Of a DNA stretch of 31,094 nucleotides, positions 16,994 through 27,131 are shown piece by piece. The translations under genes and the position numbers were made by a program. The notes below the pieces were generated by a model that searched no databases, was not told where the DNA came from, and saw only the letters and a program-made list of their open reading frames with translations. This DNA is from an uncultured bacterium (GTDB taxonomy: Bacteria > Edwardsbacteria > AC1 > EtOH8). Positions within the stretch are counted from its first letter, which is position 1; the number at the start of each line of letters is the position of its first letter. The stretch is from positions 1 through 31,094 of the forward strand of contig CAWAAX010000008.1 in assembly GCA_963780225.1 (NCBI GenBank). The letters run 5' to 3'.

Positions 16994-18088
16994 ATGAAGC
17001 CTCAAGCCAGGCCCAACATCCAGGGCATCAGCCCATACATCCCCGGCAAGCCCATCGAAGAAGTGCGCCGGGAGCTGGGCATCAGGGGGCAGATCATCAA
17101 GCTGGCCTCCAACGAGAACCCGCTGGGGCCTTCGCCCAAGGCGGTCAAAGCCCTGCGCAAATCGCTTAAGGAGATCAACCTCTATCCCGATGACGGATGC
17201 TTTGCCCTGAGCAAGAGGCTGGCCAGCCACCTGGGGGTCAGCGAGGACCAGCTGATCTTCGGCAACGGCTCGGTGGACGTGATAGAGTTCATCACCAAGA
17301 CCTTCGTGGCCCCCGGCGACCATGTGGTCATAGCCGAGGGGGCCTTCATCATGTACAAGATAGCGGCCAAGATGGCCGACGCCAGGCCCTCGCTGATACC
17401 CCTGAAAAATTACGTCCACGACCTGGACGCCATGGCGGCGGCTGTCACCCCGCAGACCAAGGTGGTCTACATCGCCAACCCCAACAATCCCACCGGCACC
17501 ATGCTTACCGAAGCCCAGGTCAAGGCCTTCATGAAGAAGGTCCCGGAGAACTGCGTGGTGGTTTTTGACGAGGCCTATTCCGAATACATCGACCGCCCGG
17601 ATTTTCCCAACACCATCAAACTGCTCAAGGACTGGCCCAACGCCATAGTGCTTCACACCTTTTCCAAGATCTACGGCCTGGCCGGATTGCGGGTGGGCTA
17701 CGGGGTGGGAAGCCCCGAGCTGATCGCCCAGATCCGCAAGGTGCGCCTGCCTTTCAACATCAGCCTGAGCGGGCAGGTGGCCTGCCTGGCGGCATTGGAT
17801 GATTCCAAACATCTGGCCAAGAGTAAAAAGCTCAACTCCGAGGGCAGGGAATACCTTTACAAGCAATTACAGGCACTAGGGGTTTCCTATGTTCCGTCCG
17901 AAGGGAACTTCATCCTGATAGATCCCAAGACGGACTCCATGCCGGTCTTTACCGCCCTGCAGAAACTGGGGGTCATCGTCCGGCCGGTCAAGAACTACGG
18001 CTACCAGACCGAACTGCGGGTGACCATCGGCACCGCCCGGCAGAACAGGAAGCTGATCGGGGCGCTGAAGCAGGTACTGAAGGGCTGA
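16994..18088 (+). CDS. hisC: Histidinol-phosphate aminotransferase
   Basis: KLASNENPLGPSP, GNGS, ANPNNPTG, DEAYSEY, TFSKIYGLAGLRVGY. Confidence 0.93.
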   Translation: MKPQARPNIQGISPYIPGKPIEEVRRELGIRGQIIKLASNENPLGPSPKAVKALRKSLKEINLYPDDGCFALSKRLASHLGVSEDQLIFGNGSVDVIEFITKTFVAPGDHVVIAEGAFIMYKIAAKMADARPSLIPLKNYVHDLDAMAAAVTPQTKVVYIANPNNPTGTMLTEAQVKAFMKKVPENCVVVFDEAYSEYIDRPDFPNTIKLLKDWPNAIVLHTFSKIYGLAGLRVGYGVGSPELIAQIRKVRLPFNISLSGQVACLAALDDSKHLAKSKKLNSEGREYLYKQLQALGVSYVPSEGNFILIDPKTDSMPVFTALQKLGVIVRPVKNYGYQTELRVTIGTARQNRKLIGALKQVLKG

Positions 18089-18132
18089 AATAGAGCTTTA
18101 CCAACCAACGGGCAACTAGGTCGAACTATAAG

Positions 18133-18204
18133 CAGTATTCAGTATCCGCTATTCAGTAATCTGTAACCGGTGAATATTGAATACTGAATACTGGATAGTG
18201 AATA
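18133..18204. repeat. Heptamer tandem repeats arranged as an inverted pair
   Basis: Five CAGTATT-like units followed by five CTGAATA-like units. Confidence 0.8.
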
Positions 18205-18245
18205 GGCCAAACAGACTTTATAATCAGTAACAAGCAATTCAGTTG

Positions 18246-18929
18246 ATGTCTCGCAAACCGGTGATAGCCATAGACGGCCCGGCGGCCTCCGGCAAAAGTA
18301 CTACCGCCAGGATGGTTGCCCAAAAGCTGGGGTACCTGTACATCGACACCGGGGCCATGTACCGGGCGGCCGGTTTAAAGGCCCTGCGCCTGGGGATCTC
18401 ATTCAGCGACCGGCAAGCCATCGCCAAAATGATGGAACAGACGGACATCAGCCAGAAACCTTCCCCCCAGGGACCGCTTACCTTCCTGGACGGGGTTGAC
18501 GTCAGCGGGCTGATCCGCAGCCCGGAGGTCTCCCAGGCCGCCTCGGACATCTCGGCCATTACTTCAGTCCGCCAAAGACTGGTGGCTCTGCAGCAGCAGA
18601 TGGGCCGGGAGGGCGGGGTGGTGATGGAGGGACGGGACATAACCACGGTGGTCTTTCCCACGGCCGAGGTCAAGGTCTTCATGAAAGCCTCAATCCAACA
18701 GCGGGCCTGCAGGCGCAAAGCGGAACTGGAGGCCAAGGGCATGACCATGGACCTGAAAGAACTGGAGAAGCAGATAGAGAACCGCGACCGGCAGGACAGC
18801 CAGAGGGCCGACAGCCCCCTGACCTGCACCCCGGATTCATTGGTAATAGACACTTCAACCCTGACCATAGACCAGCAGGTGGAGATGGTGATAGCCCGGG
18901 CGGAGAAGATCCAAAAGGAGCAGGCATGA
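18246..18929 (+). CDS. cmk: Cytidylate kinase
   Basis: IAIDGPAASGKST, IDTGAMYRA, VMEGRDITTVVFP. Confidence 0.96.
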   Translation: MSRKPVIAIDGPAASGKSTTARMVAQKLGYLYIDTGAMYRAAGLKALRLGISFSDRQAIAKMMEQTDISQKPSPQGPLTFLDGVDVSGLIRSPEVSQAASDISAITSVRQRLVALQQQMGREGGVVMEGRDITTVVFPTAEVKVFMKASIQQRACRRKAELEAKGMTMDLKELEKQIENRDRQDSQRADSPLTCTPDSLVIDTSTLTIDQQVEMVIARAEKIQKEQA

Positions 18930-19564
18930 TCTGGGAAAGCCGGGCCTTTAAGTCGCGCGGTTTCCGCTTCAGCTGGTATTCGCTCAATATTCTGTTCTCC
19001 GCTTTCTTCCGCTGGCGGGTGGAGGGCAGGGAGAACATTCCCCGGCAGGGGCCCCTGATAATCGCCTCCAACCACATCGCCCTGATCGATCCTCCATACA
19101 TAGGGGCCTGCGTGCCCAGGGAGATAGCCTTCATGGCCAAGAGGGAGCTGTTCGCTTCTCCCGCCTTCAGGGCATTGATCGCCAGCCATAACGCCTTTCC
19201 CATCAGGCGGGGCGGCTGGGATTCCCAGGTCTTCAGGCTGCTTAAGGAAAAACTTGATCAGGGCCTGGCGGTGCTGGTCTTCCCCGAAGGCACCCGCAGC
19301 CGGACCGATGAATTCCTGGAACCAAAACCGGGCATCGGACTTTTGGTCAGACAGCAACTGGTTCCGGTGGCCCCCTGTTTCATCCGGGGCACCAATTTTG
19401 GATGGCGGGAACTGTTCTCCGGAAAACACCAGCTGACGACCAAGTTCGGCCGGACGATAACCCCGGCCGAGATAGAAGCGTTCACTTCCGACAAGGAAGG
19501 GTACATCGGCTTGAGCCGCCTGATCATGCAGAGGATAGCCGAGCTGAAGGAAGATTCCCGATGA
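18926..19564 (+). CDS. plsC: 1-acyl-sn-glycerol-3-phosphate acyltransferase
   Basis: NHxxxxD, FMAKREL, VFPEGTRS; ATGA overlaps on both sides. Confidence 0.9.
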   Translation: MIWESRAFKSRGFRFSWYSLNILFSAFFRWRVEGRENIPRQGPLIIASNHIALIDPPYIGACVPREIAFMAKRELFASPAFRALIASHNAFPIRRGGWDSQVFRLLKEKLDQGLAVLVFPEGTRSRTDEFLEPKPGIGLLVRQQLVPVAPCFIRGTNFGWRELFSGKHQLTTKFGRTITPAEIEAFTSDKEGYIGLSRLIMQRIAELKEDSR

Positions 19565-20388
19565 AGATAAAAGTGGCCCAAAGCGCCGGGTTCTGCTTCG
19601 GGGTGAAACGGGCGGTGAACATGGCCTTCGAGATAGCCAAGAAGTCTAAAAAGCCGGTATACACCCTGGGCCCCATCATTCACAATCCCCAGGTGGTGGC
19701 CCAGCTGGAGGCCTGCGGGGTCAAGGCGGTCGCCAGCCCCTCCGGCATCAAAAAGGGCACGGTCATCATCCGCTCCCACGGGGTGCACCCCAAGGTGATG
19801 GCCGGCCTCAGGAAAAAAGGGATCAGGATCGTGGACGCCACCTGCCCCTTTGTGACCAAGGCCCAGAAAGCCGCGGCCCTGCTAAAATCCGAAGGCCGCC
19901 AGGTGGTGATAGTGGGCGAGGCCGAGCATCCCGAGGTGGTGGCCTTAAAGGGATACGCCGGGTCCAACTCGGTGGTCTACAATCACAATGATTTCAAGGT
20001 CCAGAAGAAACTGGGGGTGCTGGCCCAGACCACGCTTTCGGCCGGTGATTTCACCAGCGCCCTGATATCCTTCGGGCGCCAGGCCGACGACATCCACATC
20101 ATCAACACCATCTGCCAGGCCACCAAGGTGCGCCAGCAGGATACCATGCGGCTGGCCAAGGATTCCGACATGATGATAGTGGTGGGCGGGCGCAACTCGG
20201 CCAATACTTCGCGCCTGCTGGAACTCTGCCGGAAAGTGGGCCGCCCGGCCCATCACGTGGAGACCGAACGGGAGCTGAAGGCCAAATGGTTCCAAAACTG
20301 CTCCAAGGTCGGGGTCACGGCCGGGGCTTCCACTCCGGACAGCATGGTCAAGAAAGTGGTGGACCGGATCAAGGAACTTTGTTCATAA
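19561..20388 (+). CDS. ispH: 4-hydroxy-3-methylbut-2-enyl diphosphate reductase
   Basis: AGFCFGVKRA, IIHNP, DATCPFV, HPEV, NTICQAT, SANT, TAGASTP; true start at ATG 19561. Confidence 0.96.
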   Translation: MKIKVAQSAGFCFGVKRAVNMAFEIAKKSKKPVYTLGPIIHNPQVVAQLEACGVKAVASPSGIKKGTVIIRSHGVHPKVMAGLRKKGIRIVDATCPFVTKAQKAAALLKSEGRQVVIVGEAEHPEVVALKGYAGSNSVVYNHNDFKVQKKLGVLAQTTLSAGDFTSALISFGRQADDIHIINTICQATKVRQQDTMRLAKDSDMMIVVGGRNSANTSRLLELCRKVGRPAHHVETERELKAKWFQNCSKVGVTAGASTPDSMVKKVVDRIKELCS

Positions 20389-20403
20389 CCTGATAAACTT
20401 TCC

Positions 20404-20460
20404 TTATAAGGAAACCATGAAAACAGGAAAATTATTCATGGGTTCCTGGGTTCCTGATAA
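20404..20460. repeat. A(G/T)GAA-unit inverted repeat, copy C (no insert)
   Basis: ttata aggaaacc atgaaaac aggaa ... ttcat gggttcct gggttcct gataa. Confidence 0.8.
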
Positions 20461-20549
20461 AAGATCTCCGGTAGAGAGGAAAAAGTAATACAGGCAAAGG
20501 CTGGCATTAGTCGGCCTATTTTATACCGAAAGGAGTTTTAATAAAACTC

Positions 20550-22262
20550 ATGGCAAAAACCAAGCAACCAAGCGAGGAGCTTCTGTCACAGGACCACCTG
20601 CTGGAGCAGGATGATCAGGAGGGCTCGGGCGAGTTCCGGAAACTGCTGGAGGAATTCACCAGCAACAGGAAATTCGAGGAGGGCGAGATCGTCACCGGCA
20701 CCGTCCTGCGGATCTCCGGGGAATCGGTGATCGTGGACGTCGGGTTCAAATCCGAGGGCATCGTCCCGGTGGTGGAATTTTTGGACCGGACCGCCATCGA
20801 GATCGGAAAGAAAGTTGACCTGCTGCTGGAGCAGGTGGAGGACCAGGACGGGCAGATAGTGCTGTCCAAGATCAAGGCCGACTTCATCAAGGTCTGGGAC
20901 AAGGTCCAGAAATCCCTGGACAGCGAGGTGGTGGTGGACGGCAAGGTGCTGCGCAAGGTCAAGGGCGGCCTGATCATCGACCTGATGGGCGTGGACGCCT
21001 TCCTGCCGGGTTCCCAGATCGGCCTCCGGCCGCTGGAGACCATCGACAGCCTGCTGGGGCAGAGCATTCCCCTGAAGATCATCAAGATCAACAAGAAGAA
21101 ACGCAACATCGTGGTCTCGCGCCGGGTGGTGCTGGACGCCGACCGGGACAAGCAGCGGGCGGTGATCCTGGCCGAGATAGACAAGGGCCAGGTGCGCGAG
21201 GGCATCGCCAAGAACATCACCGATTTCGGGGTGTTCGTGGACCTGGGCGGCCTGGACGGCCTGCTCCATATCACCGACATGTCGTGGGGCCGGATCAGCC
21301 ATCCTTCGGAACTGGTCCAGATCGGCCAAAAGGTCAAGGTCAAGATCCTGGAATACGACCGCGAGCGGTCCCGGGTCTCCCTGGGCTTAAAGCAGCTGAC
21401 CACCCATCCCTGGGAGAGCATCGAGTCCAAATTCCCGGTGGGCACCAAGATCATGGGCAAGATCGTATCCATCACCGATTACGGCGCCTTCATCGAGCTG
21501 GAGAAGGGGGTGGAGGGGCTGATCCACATCTCCGAGATGTCCTGGACCCGCCAGGTGAAGCATCCTTCCAAGATAGTCTCCATCGGGGACTCGGTGGAAG
21601 CGATGGTGCTGAAGATAGACAAGGCCGAGCAGAAGATCTCGCTGGGCCTGCGCCAGCTGGGGCCGGATCCCTGGACCAGCATCGAGGCCAAATATCCCAT
21701 CGGGGCCAAGGCGGTGGGCAAGGTCCGCAACATCACCAACTTCGGCATCTTCGTGGAGCTGGAGGACGGGATCGACGGCCTGATCCACATCTCGGACATC
21801 TCCTGGACCAAGCGCATCAAGCATCCCGGCGACGTGGTCAAGAAGGGCGATGACGTCAACGTGGTGGTCACCAACATCGACAAGGAGAACCACCGGATAT
21901 CGCTGGGCATCAAGCAGATGGAGGAGGACCCCTGGAACACGGTCGGCCAGAGCTTTACCCTGGGCCAGACGGTGCACTGCAAGGTGAACCGCCCGCTGGA
22001 GCGGGGCCTGCTGGTGGACATGGACAAGGGTTTTGAGGGCTTCGTGCCGGTCTCGGAACTGGACAAGGTGGACGAGACCAAGCTGGAAGAGACCTTCAAG
22101 GGCGGCGAGGAGATGGACCTGAAGATCATCGAGATCGACGTCAACAACCGCCGGATAGCCCTTTCCCAGAAGGCCTTGATATCGGGCCAGGAGGCCGAGG
22201 ATATCAAGCCGTATCTGAAGGAAGAGCCCAAGGAAGCGCCGGGGGCAGAACAGGTTCAGTAG
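20550..22262 (+). CDS. rpsA: 30S ribosomal protein S1
   Basis: Six S1 repeats (DVGFKSEG, AFLPGSQ, GLLHITDMSW, GLIHISEMSW...); AAGGAG upstream. Confidence 0.97.
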   Translation: MAKTKQPSEELLSQDHLLEQDDQEGSGEFRKLLEEFTSNRKFEEGEIVTGTVLRISGESVIVDVGFKSEGIVPVVEFLDRTAIEIGKKVDLLLEQVEDQDGQIVLSKIKADFIKVWDKVQKSLDSEVVVDGKVLRKVKGGLIIDLMGVDAFLPGSQIGLRPLETIDSLLGQSIPLKIIKINKKKRNIVVSRRVVLDADRDKQRAVILAEIDKGQVREGIAKNITDFGVFVDLGGLDGLLHITDMSWGRISHPSELVQIGQKVKVKILEYDRERSRVSLGLKQLTTHPWESIESKFPVGTKIMGKIVSITDYGAFIELEKGVEGLIHISEMSWTRQVKHPSKIVSIGDSVEAMVLKIDKAEQKISLGLRQLGPDPWTSIEAKYPIGAKAVGKVRNITNFGIFVELEDGIDGLIHISDISWTKRIKHPGDVVKKGDDVNVVVTNIDKENHRISLGIKQMEEDPWNTVGQSFTLGQTVHCKVNRPLERGLLVDMDKGFEGFVPVSELDKVDETKLEETFKGGEEMDLKIIEIDVNNRRIALSQKALISGQEAEDIKPYLKEEPKEAPGAEQVQ

Positions 22263-22304
22263 CATTTTAAGAACTTGGATCAAGGCATGGGTCTTTGATC
22301 ACAA

Positions 22305-22340
22305 AGCGGGCCGGATGAAAATCCGGCCCGCTGTTTTATT
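22305..22340 (+). terminator. Intrinsic terminator after rpsA
   Basis: AGCGGGCCGGAT-gaaa-ATCCGGCCCGCT followed by GTTTTATT. Confidence 0.85.
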
Positions 22341-22343
22341 TGC

Positions 22344-22372
22344 TTGACAAGCAGGCTCAGACATAATATCAT
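22344..22372 (+). promoter_or_regulatory. Putative sigma70 promoter for cdsA-nadB
   Basis: TTGACA-17 bp-TATCAT. Confidence 0.55.
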
Positions 22373-22442
22373 TTATGTTTAAATAGATTCCGTTTATAAA
22401 ACATACGTTATTTAGTAATGAAGCGTCATGTAATTATTTACA

Positions 22443-22560
22443 TAGCCCAGGCCTTCAGGCCTGGGATTGATAATGAACGAAAATAATCCCCTCTTAAGGC
22501 CGTTAACGGCCTTTTGCAATGTTCTTTATTCTTTTTCCCAGCCGTAAACGGCTGGGCTAA
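22443..22560. repeat. REP-like multi-hairpin composite
   Basis: TAGCCCAGGCCTTCAGGCCTGGG, GGCCGTTAACGGCC, CCCAGCCGTAAACGGCTGGGCTA. Confidence 0.75.
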
Positions 22561-22637
22561 TTATAATCACCGTTTCGTTTATGTTTATCCAATTTATAAT
22601 CGGACTTAACTAAAAGCACAATAAAAATCATTACATC

Positions 22638-23501
22638 ATGGAACAAGCAAATAAACAAGAGTTCAGATCCAAGGACCGGAGCGCAAAAAAAATATTCTCC
22701 GGCCTGGGATTAAGGTCATTGGTCGTCGTGCTGGGAATTCCGGTCCTGCTGGCCGCGGTCTATTACGGAGGCTGGTGGCTGGGGGCGGCGGTGCTGGCCC
22801 TGTCCCTGCTGGGGCTTTGGGAGTTTTACGGACTGTCCCGGGCCAAGGGAATTAAACCTCTCACTGCCTGGGGCTTGGCCGGCGGGGCTCTCTTATGGTA
22901 TTGTTTTTTCAATCCATCTTCCATTGCCGCCGGAGCATTGACGCTTTGGCTGCTTCTGTTATTCAGCTGGATGGTGGTCAAGGGCGAGGTGGATGGCTCC
23001 CTGGTCCGGGCCGGAACCACTGTCTTTGGGGTGGTCTACGTTGCCGGACTATTGGGCCATCTGCTGCTGCTTCGCGGTCTGGATGACGTCCTTGGCTTTA
23101 AGCTGGCGGTGCTGACCATGGCCCTGATCTGGATAGGGGACACCGGGGCCTATTTCACCGGGATGGCCTTTGGCAAAAGGCCGCTGGCCCCAAAGATCAG
23201 CCCCAAGAAATCAATGGAAGGACTGGCTGGCGGCGCGCTGTTCACCCTGGCCGCGGCTTTTTTGATCGCCAGATACTGGATCTGGGAACTGTTCGCCTGG
23301 CAGGCCCTGGCGATCGGACTGGGGGTGGTCATCTTCGGCACCCTGGGGGATCTGTTCGAATCACTGCTCAAGCGCGATGCCGGGGTCAAGGATTCCGGCA
23401 GCCTGCTGCCGGGCCACGGCGGGGTGCTGGACCGTTTTGACAGCATGATGTTCGCTCTGCCGTTTGTTTACTGGTTCTGCCGGATATTTGTTCTGGGATG
23501 A
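22638..23501 (+). CDS. cdsA: Phosphatidate cytidylyltransferase
   Basis: DTGAYFTG, ISPKKSMEG, GDLFESLLKRDAGVKDSGSLLPGHGGVLDRFDS. Confidence 0.95.
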   Translation: MEQANKQEFRSKDRSAKKIFSGLGLRSLVVVLGIPVLLAAVYYGGWWLGAAVLALSLLGLWEFYGLSRAKGIKPLTAWGLAGGALLWYCFFNPSSIAAGALTLWLLLLFSWMVVKGEVDGSLVRAGTTVFGVVYVAGLLGHLLLLRGLDDVLGFKLAVLTMALIWIGDTGAYFTGMAFGKRPLAPKISPKKSMEGLAGGALFTLAAAFLIARYWIWELFAWQALAIGLGVVIFGTLGDLFESLLKRDAGVKDSGSLLPGHGGVLDRFDSMMFALPFVYWFCRIFVLG

Positions 23502-23508
23502 GGACTTT

Positions 23509-23590
23509 GCCACCAAGACACAAAGACACCAAGGCAATAAATTGGTTATTTAGTATTTGGTATTGTTTAGTATTTCAGTAATTAGTAATT
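23509..23590. repeat. Solo CACNAAG arm followed by a heptamer arm upstream of nadB
   Basis: gccaccaag acacaaag acaccaag, then ttagtat ttggtat ... ttagtat ... ttagtaa abutting the ATG. Confidence 0.65.
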
Positions 23591-25187
23591 ATGAGTTTGA
23601 TAAAACATGCCCAATCTGATTTCCTGATAATCGGCTCCGGCATCGCCGGGCTGACCTTCGCCTTAAAAGTCGCCGATCACGGCCGGGTGGTGATCGTCAC
23701 CAAGAAGGATGACACCGAGTCCAACACCAACTACGCCCAGGGCGGCATTGCCGCGGTGTTCGGGCCGGACGATAGTCCCTGCCAGCCATATCAAGGATAC
23801 CATTGAGGCCGGGGCCGGGCTTTCCAACCCGGAAGCGGTCCAGGCCATGGTCTCCGAGGGACCGGCCCTGGTGGAAAAACTTTCCCGGCTGGGGGTGGCC
23901 TTCACCCAAGGACAGGCCGGCGGGCTGGACCTGGGGCGGGAGGGGGGACACTCCAAACGCCGGATCGTCCACGCCAAGGACTATACCGGACAGGAAGTGG
24001 AGCGGGCCCTGGTGCACCAGATCCGCAGCCATCCCCACATCACCATCCTGGAGCACCACCTGGCCATAGACCTGATCATGTCCCAGAGCGGCGGGGAAGA
24101 TGCCTGCCGCGGGGCCTATGTGCTGGAGCCAAAGACCGGAAAGATCCTGGAGTATGCCGCGGGCGTCACCCTGCTGGCGGCCGGAGGCTGCGGGCAGGCC
24201 TTTCTGCACACCACCAACCCGGCCATCGCCACCGGGGACGGCATAGCCATGGCCTACCGGGCCGGGGCCGCCGTGGCCAACATGGAGTTCATGCAGTTCC
24301 ATCCCACCACCCTGTATCAGGATTCGCTGGACGAGAACGAGAGATCTTTCCTGATCTCCGAAGCGGTGCGGGGCGAGGGCGCGGTATTGCGCGACCTGAA
24401 GGGCCGGGCCTTCATGCCGGAATATCACAAGCTGGCCGACCTGGCCCCCCGCGATGTGGTGGCCCGGGCCATAGACAGCGAGCTGAAGGCCTCCGGCGAT
24501 TTTCACGTCAACCTGGACATTGCCCCGATCGGGCTGGAAAAGTTCCATGACCGGTTCCCCAACATCAGTCAGGGCTGCGCCCAGCGGGGCATTGATCTTT
24601 TAAAAAACCTGATCCCGGTGGTGCCGGCGGCCCATTATATGTGCGGCGGGGTAAAGACAGACCTGGACGGTCGCACCAGCATCCATGGTCTGTACGCCGC
24701 CGGGGAGACGGCCTGCACCGGCGTCCACGGGGCCAACCGGCTGGCCTCGAACTCCCTGCTGGAAGCGCTGGTGTTTGCCGACCGGGCGGCCTCGGCCGCC
24801 GTCAGGGAAAAACCGGAGGCGGCCGCCGTTCCGGCCTGGGATTATGTCGGTTCTGTTCCCAGCCGGGAGAAGGTGGTGATCCGGCAGAACCGGCTTTCCA
24901 TCCGCTGGCTGTTGTGGAATTACGCCGGGATAGTGCGGAACGACAAAAGGCTATGGTGGGCCAAAAACCGCCTGCAGTCCATCATGGATGAGATCCACGA
25001 TTATTACTGGAAGTACCAGGTCAGCCCCGACCTGGTGGAACTGAGGAACATAGCAGCCGTGGCCAAAATGATCATAGACTGCGCCATCCAGCGCAAGGAA
25101 TCTAGGGGCCTGCATTACAACCAGGATCACCCGGAGCGGGATGATGTGAATTTTGGGAAGGACACAGTGATAACCGGAAGGGAGTAA
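23591..25187 (+). CDS. nadB: L-aspartate oxidase, interrupted by a +1 frameshift at about 23777-23780
   Basis: IIGSGIAGL...YAQGGIAA in frame 1; [40 protein letters not shown] in the next frame. Confidence 0.94.
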
Positions 25188-25200
25188 GATCCCCGGTATC

Positions 25201-25351
25201 CATTGCCACGAGCTTTAGCTCGTGGTTGTAAAATAAAAAAATCTCTAGGGGTTTCAACCCCGGGTGAATAATCTCTTTCTTTTCCGATCTGGGCTAAAGC
25301 CAAGCGGGTTTCATTAGATTGCCTGCCACGACCTAAAGGTCGTGGCAATAT
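25201..25351. repeat. REP-like four-hairpin composite
   Basis: ATTGCCACGAGCTTTAGCTCGTGG, GGGGTTTCAACCCC, GGGCTAAAGCC, GCCACGACCTAAAGGTCGTGGCAAT. Confidence 0.78.
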
Positions 25352-25372
25352 CGAAGAATCATCAGATAAAAA

Positions 25373-25960
25373 ATGACCAACAAACCCTCATATTTCTGGC
25401 CGGTGATGGCCCTGGGTGTGATAGGGATATCCTTCGGCTCCATCCTGATCAAACTGTCCACCGCCCAGCCGCTGGCCATAGCCTTTTACCGGTTATTGTT
25501 CTCCGGACTGCTGATGCTGCCGTTCTATTTCCGCCAAACTGGTCCTAAGAAAATTCCATTGAGCGACCTGGGCTGGATGGCACTGTCCGCCTTGTTCCTG
25601 AGCCTGCACTTTGTGACCTGGGTCTATTCCCTTAGCTTTACCTCGGTCACCAGTTCGGTGGTGCTGGTGACCATAAACCCCCTGTTCGTCAGCATCCTGG
25701 GATGGGTATTCATGAGGGAGAAGACCGGCCCCCGGATACTGGTCGCCATCGCCGTGGTGGTGACCGGCGGGGCCATCATCGGGGGAAGGGCGCTGGCCGC
25801 GGGTGGGATGGGCAACCTGGGCAACCTGCTGGCGCTGGCCGGGGCGCTGATGGCCTCGGGCTATCTTCTTACCGGGCGGCACCTGCGGAAGCGGCTGAGC
25901 CTGGTGACCTACACATTAAGAAAAATAATTTTAAAAAATATAAAAAGTAAATGTTATTGA
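25373..25960 (+). pseudogene. 3'-truncated copy of the EamA/DMT transporter (possible assembly artefact)
   Basis: Near-identical to 26109-26651 up to 25914, then runs into AT-rich sequence. Confidence 0.7.
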
Positions 25961-26108
25961 CGAGCTTTAGCCGTATTGTAAAATAAAAAAATTTAAGTTT
26001 AACGGGTAATAATCTCTTTCTTTTGATCTGGGCTAAAGTCAAGAGGGTTTCATTAGATTGCCTGCCACGACTAAAGGTGTGCAATATCGAAGAATCATCA
26101 GATAAAAA

Positions 26109-26988
26109 ATGACACAACAAACCATCATATTTCTGGCCGGTGATGGCCCTGGGTGTGATAGGGATATCCTTCGGCTCAATCCTGATCAAGCTGTCCACCG
26201 CCCAGCCGCTGGCCATAGCCTTTTACCGCCTGCTATTCTCCGGACTGCTGATGCTGCCGTTCTATTTCCGCCAAACGGGTCCGAAGAAAATTCCATTGAG
26301 CGACCTGGGCTGGATCGCCCTGTCCGCCTTGTTCCTGAGCCTGCACTTTGTGACCTGGGTCTATTCCCTTAGCTTTACCTCGGTCACCAGTTCGGTGGTG
26401 CTGGTGACCATAAACCCACTGTTCGTCAGCATCCTGGGCTGGGTGTTCCTGAGGGAGAAGACCGGCCCCCGGATACTGGTCGCCATCGCCGTGGTGGTGG
26501 CCGGCGGGGCTATCATCGGGGGAAGGGCGCTGGCCGCGGGCGGGATGGGCAACCTGGGCAACCTGCTGGCGCTGGCCGGGGCGCTGATGGCCTCGGGCTA
26601 TCTTCTGACCGGGCGGCACCTGCGGAAGCGGCTGAGCCTGGTGACCTACACCACCATCTGTTATTCCATGACGGCAGTAATACTATTGATCGTTTCCCTG
26701 GCCGCCAAAACGCCGCTGGGCGGTTTCCCAAAGGTGAATTATCTCTACTTTGCGCTGATGGCCATAGGCCCCCAGCTGCTGGGGCACAGCATTTTCAACT
26801 GGGGTTTGAAATACCTGCCCACCCCGCGGATCGCCATGCTGATAATAGCGGAGCCGGTGGGCGCGACCATTCTGGCTTTTCTGGTGCTTAAGCAGGTGCC
26901 GTCGGTATTTGAGATGATAGGAGCGGTGTTCATCATGGCGGGGGTGTATATCTCGGCGCAGGAAGGCAAAGCACCTGAAATCACATAA
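26109..26988 (+). CDS. EamA/DMT family transporter
   Basis: About 10 TM helices in two EamA halves (AFYRL, LHFVTW, GHSIFNWGL, EPVGA). One extra base follows ATG 26109 relative to the first copy; the open frame runs from GTG 26140. Confidence 0.9.
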
Positions 26989-27002
26989 ATACTAGGAATA
27001 TT

Positions 27003-27039
27003 AAAAGCCCTGACGATCTCTCGTCAGGGCTTTTTGCTT
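27003..27039. terminator. Intrinsic terminator, left copy of a direct repeat
   Basis: AAAAGCCCTGACGA-tctc-TCGTCAGGGCTTTTT. Confidence 0.85.
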
Positions 27040-27131
27040 GGGGTCCCTATTACTGTCACACTATATGCTTATAATCAGTAAAAGAAAACAATTACAACCT
27101 CTTGACAATACATCAAAAATGGTGTAATATT

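Noticed and set aside
18133..18204. Short repeats as a CRISPR array
   Set aside because: Units are 7-11 bp, degenerate and lack unique spacers; no cas genes are present.
19402..19560. N-terminal extension of IspH (also the extensions of GlnS, GltX and DOMON-1 in the ORF track)
   Set aside because: They overlap the upstream gene or translate repeat arms; conserved sequence starts at the downstream ATGs.
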